Origin: an uncultured Eubacteriales bacterium
GTDB lineage: Bacteria > Bacillota > Clostridia > Christensenellales > CAG-138
Direction of reading: 5' to 3'
Length of the DNA: 64,000 nucleotides
Assembly: GCA_900545265.1 (NCBI GenBank)
Contig: UQYI01000003.1
Span: forward strand, 8,932 to 72,931
In this document: positions 39,532 to 48,170 of the stretch, in pieces
Numbering within the stretch: the stretch's first letter is position 1
How the letters are laid out: every line of letters starts with the position of its first letter
Notes under the pieces: model-generated
Seen by the model: the letters and a program-made list of their open reading frames with translations, nothing else
What the model was told of the DNA's origin: nothing
Databases searched by the model: none
Translations under genes and position numbers: made by a program

Positions 39532-39544
39532 ACTTGAAAAATGA

Positions 39545-40318
39545 ATGGAGGTGTTCATTCTGGATCCGTCTTTATATCCCATGCTTTTCAAGCGCAAATC
39601 CTTTCATCTGTTCCGCAACTTGGGGAATGCTTCCATGACGGAAGACGATATTGCCGATATCCGCCGTGCTTTTACCGGCTTTACTCCTCTGTACCCGGAT
39701 ATCCGGGTATGCATGGAGCTGGTGCCTGCTGCCGAAACCTCCTGCCCGACCGGAGCGGAATATTGTGCCCTTTTCTACAGCGAAGATAAAGATGGTTATC
39801 TGCGGAACATCGGCTATTTGGGAGAGCAGCTGGATCTGTATCTGGCCAAAAAGAATATCGCCTCCCTTTGGTGCGGCCTGGGCAAGCCCCATCGCCCGGC
39901 ACCGGAGGGCATGACCTACTGCATCATGATCGTTATGGCGAAAGTATCCGGGCCGGAAAAGTTTCGCAAAGATATGTTCAAGGCAAAACGAAAGCCGATA
40001 GAGGAGATCTGGCAGGGAGATGCCATCCCTGGCGTTACGGACATTGTCCGCTTTGCTCCCAGTGCCTGCAACAGTCAACCGTGGAAAACGGAATATGCAA
40101 ACGGCATTATGCAGGTCTTCCGATACCAGAAGCCCGGCCGGGCAGGCATTATGAATCAGGAGCACGCCGCCTACTTCAACCGCATAGACATGGGTATCTA
40201 CCTGTGTTTTCTGGATCTGTGTCTGGCTCACGAAGGCATCCCGTTTTCCCATGTTATGCTGCCTGACAGTGTCGGTGCGGTTTTTACACCCATCGCCAGC
40301 TATATGCTGCAGCGATAA
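39545..40318 (+). CDS. Nitroreductase family protein
   Basis: 257-aa ORF with LFKRKSFHLFRN near the N-terminus and RFAPSACNSQPW. The exact start is uncertain; ATG 39545 has no SD, and GGAGGTG sits at codons 2-3. Confidence 0.7.
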   Translation: MEVFILDPSLYPMLFKRKSFHLFRNLGNASMTEDDIADIRRAFTGFTPLYPDIRVCMELVPAAETSCPTGAEYCALFYSEDKDGYLRNIGYLGEQLDLYLAKKNIASLWCGLGKPHRPAPEGMTYCIMIVMAKVSGPEKFRKDMFKAKRKPIEEIWQGDAIPGVTDIVRFAPSACNSQPWKTEYANGIMQVFRYQKPGRAGIMNQEHAAYFNRIDMGIYLCFLDLCLAHEGIPFSHVMLPDSVGAVFTPIASYMLQR

Positions 40319-40324
40319 CGACTT

Positions 40325-40360
40325 AGCCCCGGAGCCGTACCGTTCCGGGGCTTCTTTTCT
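40325..40360 (+). terminator. Intrinsic terminator after the nitroreductase gene
   Basis: AGCCCCGGA-N10-UCCGGGGCU followed by UCUUUUC. Confidence 0.7.
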
Positions 40361-40535
40361 ATAACTGTATTATATGGGCATCCATTTTTGAACATTGCAG
40401 ATAATTGTATGAAAATGGATAAAATATTGCTATGTTATTTTGCAACTTCTTTTCCCGTTCATATATCAGCCACATTTGTGCATTGTTTTTACAGTTTATT
40501 CATGAAAATGAAGGGGACTTCGCCGGATTTACACA

Positions 40536-40563
40536 TTGAAAAACAGCAAAAAATTGTTACAAT
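40536..40563 (+). promoter_or_regulatory. Sigma-A promoter upstream of the Spo0A-like pair
   Basis: TTGAAA (40536-41), 16-nt spacer, TGT-TACAAT (40558-63), inside an AT-rich spacer. Confidence 0.55.
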
Positions 40564-40627
40564 GGAGAGGAACGTTCACCCGGAATACGACTTTTTTCAC
40601 ACATGCATGCATCATATTGTTTATCAC

Positions 40628-41449
40628 ATGGAATGGGGAGACGAGAAATTGAAGACTCTACAGATCGTAAGCGCCGACCAGTCTCTGGCGGAAGCCTTGA
40701 TAGCTGCCTCGGCATCCTTACACCAGTTCCACCCAGTACCGGTACTTGCCGGCGGACGAGCCTTTGCAGAAGAACTGCTGCTCACTTCTCCGGATGCTGT
40801 GCTGCTGGATATGGACCTGCCCGACATGGACGCATTGGAAGCTTTGGAACTGTTGGATGGCCTGCCCCTTGCCACACGGCCCAGACTGTTCCTCATGACC
40901 GGTCCCTACGGCAAAATGGGAGAGGCGTATCTGAGCCACCGGATACACTACTGTTTCCTGAAGCCTCTGGATCCAGAAAGCGTACTGCACACTATGATCC
41001 GGCTATTGGGCGACTGCCCTGCCGTACCGCCGGTAGTGCGTCCCTGCTACAGACTTGTGGACCAGCTGGCCACCGGGATACTCTTTTCTCTGGGCGTTCC
41101 GCCCCAGCTTCAGGGCTATCATCTGCTCAGAGAAGCCATCAAGCTGGTGACCTGGGTAGAAAACCCCGCCAGTCTTTCCGTCATGAAGGATATCTATCCC
41201 GCTGCGGCAGATCTGTGCGGCTGTACCGTGGGCATGGCGGAACACGCCATGCGCCATGCCATAGAAAGCGCCTGGATGCGGGCAGACCTGGATACCCTGC
41301 AGCGCTTCTTCGGTTATACGGTGGGCGCTCACCGGGATACGCCTTCCAATTCCGCTTTTATCTATATGGCGGCAGACAGGGTACGTATGGAATTGACCCA
41401 ACTATGGCCCGGGCTCATGTATGAGCGCAGAGAGGCGGCCTGCGTATGA
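40628..41449 (+). CDS. Spo0A-like response regulator (receiver plus Spo0A-type effector domain)
   Basis: The receiver reads ...LQIVSADQS...VLLDMDLPDMDALE...FLMTG...CFLKP. The effector reads GVPPQLQGYHLLREAIKLV...MAEHAMRHAIESAWMRADLDTLQRFFGYTV...PSNSAFIYMAADRV. Start is either ATG 40628 or TTG 40649 (GGGGAG SD); the ORF track begins at 40388 in AT-rich non-coding-looking DNA. Confidence 0.75.
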   Translation: MEWGDEKLKTLQIVSADQSLAEALIAASASLHQFHPVPVLAGGRAFAEELLLTSPDAVLLDMDLPDMDALEALELLDGLPLATRPRLFLMTGPYGKMGEAYLSHRIHYCFLKPLDPESVLHTMIRLLGDCPAVPPVVRPCYRLVDQLATGILFSLGVPPQLQGYHLLREAIKLVTWVENPASLSVMKDIYPAAADLCGCTVGMAEHAMRHAIESAWMRADLDTLQRFFGYTVGAHRDTPSNSAFIYMAADRVRMELTQLWPGLMYERREAACV

Positions 41450-42243
41450 TGCTGATCGCCCTTCAATGCGGCAAAGAATGGACGAACCGCCTTCTTGCCG
41501 CCGCCCGGGATATGCCCTGGTGTCAGTTGGCCACCGGCTTTGTTCAAGCCCCCTGTGCTGTGATCCGGGATGGTCTGGCAGATACTTCCGTCTCCCTTTA
41601 TCCTCAAAATAAGGATATTCCTCTGTTTTTTATCAGTTCCCGGGAAGCACCTGCTCCTGCAGATTCCCATGCAGAATATGTCTTTTCCCCCAATGTTACG
41701 GCGCAGGGCGTCCTCCGCCACATCGGCGCACTGCTGGCCGATCCTTCCGGGCAGCTCCTTCCTGAAAAGCAGCGCCTGCGGGAAATGGTCTCTCTCAGTC
41801 TGGAAAAGCTGGGCATCGGTTCCCATCTGCTGGCTCACCGCTATTTGCAGGAGGGCGTAGTCTTTCTTTTTGACACCCCGTATCCCGGCCGCATACGGCT
41901 CATGGCCAAGCTCCATGAACATCTGTCGCAATGCTTTGATACTTCTCCCGTAATGGTGGACAGAGCCATTCGCCATGGCGTAGAGGTGTGCTGGAAGAAA
42001 AGTTCCCCGGAGCTTCAGCGGGCTTATTTCGGCTACAGTGCTCAGGATAAACGAGGCATGCCCACCAACGGAGAATTTCTGTTTGCCCTGTATGAGCGGC
42101 AGCGGCAGTTGTTGTTTGCCGACCGGGGCCGGGAAGACTTTTTCCGCTGTCTGGAAAAAGTCCGCTCCCGCAGCGGCTGCCGCCTGTTTCTGGAAGAAGA
42201 ACCCAGTTCCCCCTCTTCCGGGCAGAAAGCGCAGCTTCCCTGA
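41446..42243 (+). CDS. Spo0A-effector-domain protein with a degenerate (pseudo-)receiver
   Basis: 265-aa ORF that is ATGA-coupled to the upstream gene. The C-terminal half reads GIGSHLLAHRYLQEGVVFL...MVDRAIRHGVEVCWKKSSPELQRAYFGYS...PTNGEFLFALYER. The N-terminal half (MMLIALQCG...) lacks the acidic pocket and the conserved Lys. Confidence 0.7.
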   Translation: MMLIALQCGKEWTNRLLAAARDMPWCQLATGFVQAPCAVIRDGLADTSVSLYPQNKDIPLFFISSREAPAPADSHAEYVFSPNVTAQGVLRHIGALLADPSGQLLPEKQRLREMVSLSLEKLGIGSHLLAHRYLQEGVVFLFDTPYPGRIRLMAKLHEHLSQCFDTSPVMVDRAIRHGVEVCWKKSSPELQRAYFGYSAQDKRGMPTNGEFLFALYERQRQLLFADRGREDFFRCLEKVRSRSGCRLFLEEEPSSPSSGQKAQLP

Positions 42244-42250
42244 ACGGTTT

Positions 42251-43630
42251 TTATGCTTTCCCGGCAGCGCCGGCATCCATCTTTTTAAGTGCTTTGCGAA
42301 ACTGGAAGAAGAAAAGCAGTGCGGTGCAAGTCATGGCAATGCTGTCGGCTACGGGTTCGGCCGTGTATACCGCCATGGTCTTATCCGGCAGGATATGGGG
42401 CAGCAGGAAGATGAGGGGCAGCAGCAGGATGAATTTGCGCAGCACCGCCACCAGAATGGAGCAGGGCGCGTTCCCTATGGAAACAAAAGTCATCTGGCAG
42501 GCGATCTGCACCCCGAAAAGGAACAGTGCCCCGCAGTAGACCCGCAGCGCCAAAGCCGTAAAGGCAATGAGTTCCGGCTCCGGAGTAAAGATCCTTGCAA
42601 ACGCCCCGGGAAAGGCCATGATAGCTGCCCAAAGCAGCAGAGAATAGGTCATACATACCTTCAGCAGCAACAAAAAGCTTTCCTTTACCCGGCTGCTGTT
42701 GCCGGCTCCGTAATTGTAACTGGTAATGGGCTGAGCCCCCTGGGCAATGCCCTGCAGCGGCAGCATGGCAAATTGCATGACGCTGGAAAGAATGGTCATG
42801 GCCCCTACTGCCAGATCTCCTCCGTATTTGAGCAGTGAGAAATTGAAGCAGACGGAGATCACACTTTCACTGGCCTGCATGATAAAAGCAGCCGCCCCCA
42901 AAGCGATGCAAGGCAGCAGCAGGCGGAAACCGGGTAAAAGATTTTCTTTCTTCAGCCGCAGGAAAGTCTTTTCTCCCCGGAGGAAAAAGATCACCCATGC
43001 ACATGAAATGCCCTGTGAAAGAATGGTCGCCAGTGCAGCGCCCCGTACGCCCATTTTCAGTCCGAATATAAACAGAGGATCCAACGCAATGTTGGCCACC
43101 GCTCCAATAAGCACGGTATACATGCCGATCCTGGCAAAGCCCTGGGCCGTGATAAAGGCGTTCATTCCCAAAGTCAGTTCCACAAACAGCGTTCCCAGCG
43201 CATACACCTGCAAATATTCCCAGGCATAGTCTATTGTGTTTTCACTGGCTCCGAAAAGCAGCAGCATATCCCGGCCAAACAGAAGAAGTACTGCCATAAG
43301 CACAAGGGAAATGCATACCTGCATGGTGAAGCATCCTCCCAGCAATTTTTCTGCCTGATCGTGATCCCCTTTTCCCATGGCAATAGACGCCCGTGGCGCC
43401 CCGCCTGAAGCAACAAAAGCCGCAAAGGCGGAAACGATAAGGATCACCGGCAGGCATACTCCCACACCGGTAAGGGCCAGGCTGCCATCCCCCGGCATAT
43501 GGCCGATGTATATCCGGTCCACTATGTTATACAGCATATTCACCAGCTGCGCAATGACCGTAGGGACGGCCAGTTTTATCAACAGTTTACCCACAGGCTG
43601 GGTGCCAAGAAAAGTTTTGTCCTGTTCCAT
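42251..43630 (-). CDS. MATE family efflux transporter
   Basis: 459-aa, 12-TM ORF starting MEQDKTFLGTQPVGKLLIKLAVPTVIAQLVNMLYNIVDRIYIGH. Confidence 0.9.
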   Translation of the reverse strand: MEQDKTFLGTQPVGKLLIKLAVPTVIAQLVNMLYNIVDRIYIGHMPGDGSLALTGVGVCLPVILIVSAFAAFVASGGAPRASIAMGKGDHDQAEKLLGGCFTMQVCISLVLMAVLLLFGRDMLLLFGASENTIDYAWEYLQVYALGTLFVELTLGMNAFITAQGFARIGMYTVLIGAVANIALDPLFIFGLKMGVRGAALATILSQGISCAWVIFFLRGEKTFLRLKKENLLPGFRLLLPCIALGAAAFIMQASESVISVCFNFSLLKYGGDLAVGAMTILSSVMQFAMLPLQGIAQGAQPITSYNYGAGNSSRVKESFLLLLKVCMTYSLLLWAAIMAFPGAFARIFTPEPELIAFTALALRVYCGALFLFGVQIACQMTFVSIGNAPCSILVAVLRKFILLLPLIFLLPHILPDKTMAVYTAEPVADSIAMTCTALLFFFQFRKALKKMDAGAAGKA

Positions 43631-43641
43631 TTTCTGCTCCT

Positions 43642-44097
43642 TTATATTTGCGTCCGGGAGCGATCCCCGGGCAGTTCCGAAAGGTTCCGTTCAAAAACAT
43701 CCAGGCAATGCATACATACCTCCAGTTCCTGCGGACTCAGCCCCTGTGTCAATTTTTGGGAGAACTCCTTCTGCATCTGCTTTCCCCGCATCAGAACAGG
43801 ATTCGCCTGAGCCGTGCATGCCAGTGGACACCGACGGCGGTCAATCGGAGAAGGCCGCCGTTCCAACAGTCCCTCCCGCACCAGATTGTCCACATGAAAG
43901 GATACGATACCCGGTTTCAGGTGCATATAGGCGCAGATATCCCGGGCCGTATCCATACCCGGGTTGTTGGCCAGAAACAGCAGTATATCCAATGCCGTCT
44001 GGGCCATGCCCAACTCCCGGCTTAATGGAGCCATGAAGGCGCTGTAGGCTTCCCGAAACCTTCTGGCCCCGGTATGTACTTTAGATGCGGTAAGCAT
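43642..44097 (-). CDS. MarR family transcriptional regulator
   Basis: 151-aa ORF with the winged-helix region ...DTARDICAYMHLKPGIVSFHVDNLVREGLLERRPSPIDRRR. It lies upstream of the MATE pump. Confidence 0.85.
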   Translation of the reverse strand: MLTASKVHTGARRFREAYSAFMAPLSRELGMAQTALDILLFLANNPGMDTARDICAYMHLKPGIVSFHVDNLVREGLLERRPSPIDRRRCPLACTAQANPVLMRGKQMQKEFSQKLTQGLSPQELEVCMHCLDVFERNLSELPGDRSRTQI

Positions 44098-44230
44098 ATT
44101 CCCTCCATTAATCCAATTTTGAACTGTTTGATTTTAGCATATTCTGTTTCCGGACGCAAGAAAAGCCATGAAGAATATTCCTGTCTCTTACGCTGTGTTG
44201 AAGGTTCTTGAAAATGTTTTAAGGAATATG

Positions 44231-44262
44231 CAAAAAGGGAGCCTTTACCGGCTCCCTTTTTG
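44231..44262 (-). terminator. Terminator after the ABC-2 permease gene
   Basis: GGGAGCC-N6-GGCUCCC flanked by an A-run and a U-run. Confidence 0.65.
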
Positions 44263-44277
44263 TGCTTCATTGCACCG

Positions 44278-45009
44278 TTATTGCCGCTTCATCTGCCGTA
44301 AAAACAGCAGCACGGCCAACAGTATGCTCAAGAGCATATATCCCAATATCCACCACAGGTGAGGAAAAATGTCTGCAATGTTTTCTGCCAGTAAGGCCCG
44401 TCCCATCTGCACGCCATGGGTAAAGGGTAATACGTTTGCCGCCGCCTCAAAAACACCACCTACCAGTTCCAGGTCAAACCAGGCCCCGGAGAGCCAGGCC
44501 GTCAGGTTTGTAAGCAGGGCGCCGCAAAGGCCCCCCACCTGCTTGGAAGTGCATACACTGCCGCAGAGAAGCCCCAGGGCAATAAAGAACATCGCCAGAG
44601 GCACCGTCCCCGCCACGGCATACAGTATCCCCCAGGATGGCTGCAGCCCCAGCAGCAGGGCCGTACCATAGCAGATCACGGTTTGCACCAGTGCCATGGG
44701 CAACAGCGGCAAAGCATACCCGAAAATAAAGTCCGAAGCCTTCAGCGGTGTTGTATACAGTCGCTGAAGCAGTGCGCTTTCCCTGTCTCTGGAAAGGAGC
44801 ATCGCGGCAAACAGGGTCATAAAGGAAAAACCGAATACTGCGATCCCCGGGGTCAGTCTGTTCAGTGCAAACAGTTCCACCGGCACATTGGCCTGAATGG
44901 CGCTGAGCAGCAGCAGCAATATCACCGGGAATCCCAGACCGAAAAACAGGTTGAGAGGATCCCGCAGTATCTCCTTAGCCGTTCTGGATGAGATTGCCAT
45001 CAGCTTCAT
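44278..45009 (-). CDS. ABC-2 type transporter permease
   Basis: 243-aa, 6-TM ORF that overlaps the ATPase gene stop by 4 nt. Confidence 0.8.
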   Translation of the reverse strand: MKLMAISSRTAKEILRDPLNLFFGLGFPVILLLLLSAIQANVPVELFALNRLTPGIAVFGFSFMTLFAAMLLSRDRESALLQRLYTTPLKASDFIFGYALPLLPMALVQTVICYGTALLLGLQPSWGILYAVAGTVPLAMFFIALGLLCGSVCTSKQVGGLCGALLTNLTAWLSGAWFDLELVGGVFEAAANVLPFTHGVQMGRALLAENIADIFPHLWWILGYMLLSILLAVLLFLRQMKRQ

Positions 45010-45734
45010 TTTGCCGCCCCCTTTACAATAGCCACAAAGGCATCTTCAAAACGTTCCATGCCCGCCCGTTTTTTCAGGGCCTGCGCAGTGCCCCGTGCCA
45101 GCAACCGGCCATCCTTCATAATACCGATCTCATCGGACAGGGCTTCCGCCTCCTCCATGTAATGGGTGGTAAGTATAATGGTTATCTTTCCTTTCAGTGC
45201 CCGGATCACCTCCCAAAGATCGCTGCGGGCCAGCACATCCAGCCCCAGGGTAGGCTCATCCAGAAACAGGATTTCCGGCTCCCCGATAAGGGCCATGGCA
45301 ATACTCAGCCGCCGCTGCCACCCCCCGGAAAGCTTCCCGGCCTTTCTTTTCAGGATATCTTCAAGGCCCAGCTCTTCGGCGATCTGCCGTACCTTTTGCA
45401 TTTGCTTTTCTCTGGTAAAGCCGTGCACGCCGCACATAAGCTCCAGATTCTCCTGCACCGTCAGGTTGGGTGCTACTGCTGTTTCCTGAGGGGATACACC
45501 AATGCGGGCCTTGACCCCCGCCGGATCCGTAAGAATACTGCTTCCGTTCAAAAATGCATCCCCGGCAGTAGGCCTGGTCAGGCAGCAAAGCATCTTGATG
45601 GTGGTGGTTTTGCCTGCTCCGTTCACTCCCAGCAGTGAAAACAGCTCTCCCTGCGGAATAGTCAGATCCAGGCGATCCACAGCAGTCAGTTCTTTATAAG
45701 TTTTGGTCAGTCCAATTGTTTTAACGGCATCCAT
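45006..45734 (-). CDS. ABC transporter ATP-binding protein
   Basis: 242-aa ORF with Walker A GVNGAGKTT, signature LSGGWQRRL and Walker B ILFLDEP. Confidence 0.9.
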   Translation of the reverse strand: MDAVKTIGLTKTYKELTAVDRLDLTIPQGELFSLLGVNGAGKTTTIKMLCCLTRPTAGDAFLNGSSILTDPAGVKARIGVSPQETAVAPNLTVQENLELMCGVHGFTREKQMQKVRQIAEELGLEDILKRKAGKLSGGWQRRLSIAMALIGEPEILFLDEPTLGLDVLARSDLWEVIRALKGKITIILTTHYMEEAEALSDEIGIMKDGRLLARGTAQALKKRAGMERFEDAFVAIVKGAAK

Positions 45735-46311
45735 TCTTTTCCACCTCTCCGGCCCGGAGTGTCAGGCCTCTGTATACATCCGTCATCATGACGCTTATAT
45801 CCGCTTCGTCAAACTCCAGATAACCCGTAGCGATCATGGAGGCAATGCCGTGGACATAGATCCAATTTTCCAGATACAACATTCTGGCAGACTGCTCATT
45901 CAGCCCTGCATTTTTCTGTACCAGCTCCGTCATCAGCGCGGCGACTTCCGCTCCCTCTTTTTCCTGATGGGGTTCATGGGAACGATCCCGCATAAATAGC
46001 AGCCGGAACAGCTGCTTTTCCTCCTTGGCAAAGCGGATATAGGCCATGCCCGCTGCCTTAAACGGAGGATACTTACCCTCCTGCATCCCGCTTTTCAAAT
46101 ATGTCTGGTATACCTGGTCGGCGGCCTCCATCACTGCGGCCTGCACCTGTTCCATGCTCCGAAACCAGCTGAAAATGGGTTTGGAAGAGGCTCCCAGCTT
46201 CTCCCCCAGTCCCCGGGCGGTAAGGGCTTCCATACCCTGTTCCCGCACCAGTTCCAAAGCAGAAGAAACAATTTGTTCCCGGGTAAACATGTTTTTCCTC
46301 GGCATAGACAC
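45721..46311 (-). CDS. TetR/AcrR family transcriptional regulator
   Basis: 196-aa ORF with HTH FTREQIVSSALELVREQGMEALTARGLGEKLGASSKPIFSWF. It is a paralogue of the TetR at 47370. Confidence 0.8.
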   Translation of the reverse strand: MSMPRKNMFTREQIVSSALELVREQGMEALTARGLGEKLGASSKPIFSWFRSMEQVQAAVMEAADQVYQTYLKSGMQEGKYPPFKAAGMAYIRFAKEEKQLFRLLFMRDRSHEPHQEKEGAEVAALMTELVQKNAGLNEQSARMLYLENWIYVHGIASMIATGYLEFDEADISVMMTDVYRGLTLRAGEVEKNGCR

Positions 46312-46472
46312 TCCTTCCTTTAAGAAACATTTGTTACGCTACGTTTGTTTCTGTATTGTATGTCACAAAACTTATTCTGTCAACAGAAACTTTCACACCG
46401 AACCATGTGCCTTTGCCAGCTAAAAAGAGGCCGGCGCCCGCCGCTGCCCAGGTTGCATCAAATACGATATTA

Positions 46473-46555
46473 GGGGGCGCACCGCGTGCCGAAGGCACGC
46501 CTGCGGGGCATTTGCCCCGCAGAGTTCCGGCGGTACCGCCGGAACGTGCGCCCCC
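46473..46555 (+). repeat. Intergenic multi-hairpin repeat, copy 2 of 3
   Basis: GGGGGCGCAC [GCGTGCC-GAA-GGCACGC] [CTGCGGGGC-ATTT-GCCCCGCAG] [GTTCCGGCGG-TA-CCGCCGGAAC] GTGCGCCCCC. Confidence 0.9.
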
Positions 46556-46671
46556 GGAAAGCGAAGCACTTTCCTCCCCCGTAAGACCCGGGAGCCGCAT
46601 ATAACACAAATGCTGCTTTTACCGGAAAAACACCCGTACGGCTGCATGTTCAAACGATATTCACCTGACAG

Positions 46672-46702
46672 CATATAAAAAAGAAGCCCGCTTTCGGGCT
46701 TC
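46672..46702 (-). terminator. Intrinsic terminator after the small membrane protein gene
   Basis: Minus strand: GAAGCCCG-AAAG-CGGGCUUC followed by UUUUUUAUAU. Confidence 0.8.
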
Positions 46703-46727
46703 TTTGTATCTGTTTACGGAAAATCTA

Positions 46728-46943
46728 TCACTCGCCAATGTTGTGCTCGTTTTCCGCCTTTACCCTTTTAGCGCATCGATACAGCAAAAAGTTTGTTCCG
46801 GCAGAACAGATCAGCGCTAACGGAAGCAGTACTTGATCTCCCCAGTCCGTACATAGAGATATGACCAGAGCCGCTATCCCCAGAAACAGAAGCCCTCCGA
46901 TCAAGAGTTTCAGTCCTTTCACTTTCTTCAGCACGCTCTCCAC
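46728..46943 (-). CDS. Small 2-TM membrane protein
   Basis: 71-aa ORF with two hydrophobic segments, the last gene of the TetR-Pth2 unit. There is no recognisable family. Confidence 0.45.
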   Translation of the reverse strand: MESVLKKVKGLKLLIGGLLFLGIAALVISLCTDWGDQVLLPLALICSAGTNFLLYRCAKRVKAENEHNIGE

Positions 46944-46953
46944 GCTTCCCCCT

Positions 46954-47373
46954 TTAATATAAAGGCAGCTCCCCGGTAACAGGATCCACCTCCTCCGGGA
47001 AAGCGGGCTCTATGGCCAAACAGGTGAATGTAGGCTCCCCGTGGAATTCCGTCCGCCCGGCATCCTGAATAAGAGAAGCATGCAGTCCCGCTTCCCGGGC
47101 CTTCTTCTCTACCGCCAGCAGTTCCTCCAAAGAATCCACATAGACACAGACCTTGGCCATACCCTCTGCCAGCCAGCGGATCAGGGGCGTTTCCTCGCCC
47201 CGGGGCATCAGGCAGGCATATCCCTCATGCAGCCGGAGATCTTCCTGGCGTCCTTCCCGTATCAGGGCACAAAGCACTGCCTCCACACAAGCGTGCCCCG
47301 CCTGTGCGGCAATCTTTCCCTTGCGCATCTTCAGATCCCTGCGCATAACGATCATCATCTTGGGAGAGGTCAT
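46954..47373 (-). CDS. PTH2-type (archaeal/eukaryotic-type) peptidyl-tRNA hydrolase family protein
   Basis: 139-aa ORF KMMIVMRRDLKMRKGKIAAQAGHACVEA...KVCVYVDSLEELLAVEKKAREAGLHASLIQDAGRTEFHGEPTFTCLAIEP...VTGELPLY, which matches the PTH2 pattern. Confidence 0.7.
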   Translation of the reverse strand: MTSPKMMIVMRRDLKMRKGKIAAQAGHACVEAVLCALIREGRQEDLRLHEGYACLMPRGEETPLIRWLAEGMAKVCVYVDSLEELLAVEKKAREAGLHASLIQDAGRTEFHGEPTFTCLAIEPAFPEEVDPVTGELPLY

Positions 47374-48017
47374 ACCGCCGCCTCCCCCGAGTTTTCTCCC
47401 TGAATCAGTTTTGTAAACAGTGCATCCCTGTCATATGTGCCGGAAACAAAGCCCGGAATCTCCTTACAGGCCATGCATTGACTGAGGCTGAAACCGGTAA
47501 GGATTTTTCTCATCTCTTCCGGGCCGTAAGTACATCCGCCTGTGACCAGTAACGTGGCCAGGCTGTGCACCACCAGCCACATGTTCCGAAAGTACAGATC
47601 CGCCGCCGCTTCCTCCATGCGGTAGACCTTCATCAGCGAAGGCCGCACCAGTACCCGGGATCGCTCCATAGCCGCCAAAGCTTCACTTTTCCCTTCTTTA
47701 TTCTGCTGTAAAAACAAAAGTTTATAAAGCTCAGGCTCCTGCCTGGCAAAGGCAAGATACTGCACCCCTACGCCGAAGAAAGGCGGGTCCATGGAAAGTC
47801 CTCTTTCCACATACCCCTGGTACACCCGCCAAGCGGCAGTACAAACCTCTTCCCGTGCCTCCTCCATAGTGGTAAAGCAGGTAAACACCGGCTGGGTAGA
47901 TACCCCCAGAGCCTTTGCCAACGCTCGGGCGGTAAGAGCCGAAGCACCCTGTTTCCGGGTGAGTTCCAAAGCCGCAGAGATTATCTGTTCCCGGGTAAAT
48001 TTATTTTTCGGCGCCAT
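47370..48017 (-). CDS. TetR/AcrR family transcriptional regulator
   Basis: Start at MAPKNKFTREQIISAALELTRKQGASALTARALAKALGVSTQPVFTCF (AAGGAG SD); the ORF track extends to 48107. Its stop overlaps the pth2 start. Confidence 0.8.
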   Translation of the reverse strand: MAPKNKFTREQIISAALELTRKQGASALTARALAKALGVSTQPVFTCFTTMEEAREEVCTAAWRVYQGYVERGLSMDPPFFGVGVQYLAFARQEPELYKLLFLQQNKEGKSEALAAMERSRVLVRPSLMKVYRMEEAAADLYFRNMWLVVHSLATLLVTGGCTYGPEEMRKILTGFSLSQCMACKEIPGFVSGTYDRDALFTKLIQGENSGEAAV

Positions 48018-48170
48018 TTTCGCTATGCTCCTTTCTTTCGCGCACAAATATATATCGTACGATATGTAACACGATTGTATCCTACCATTCTTTTCGTCGG
48101 ATGTCAACGGTACATACTGTTGAAAAATCCTTCACGGGGGTGTTTACAAACAGGCACGAAAAGGAGTACT

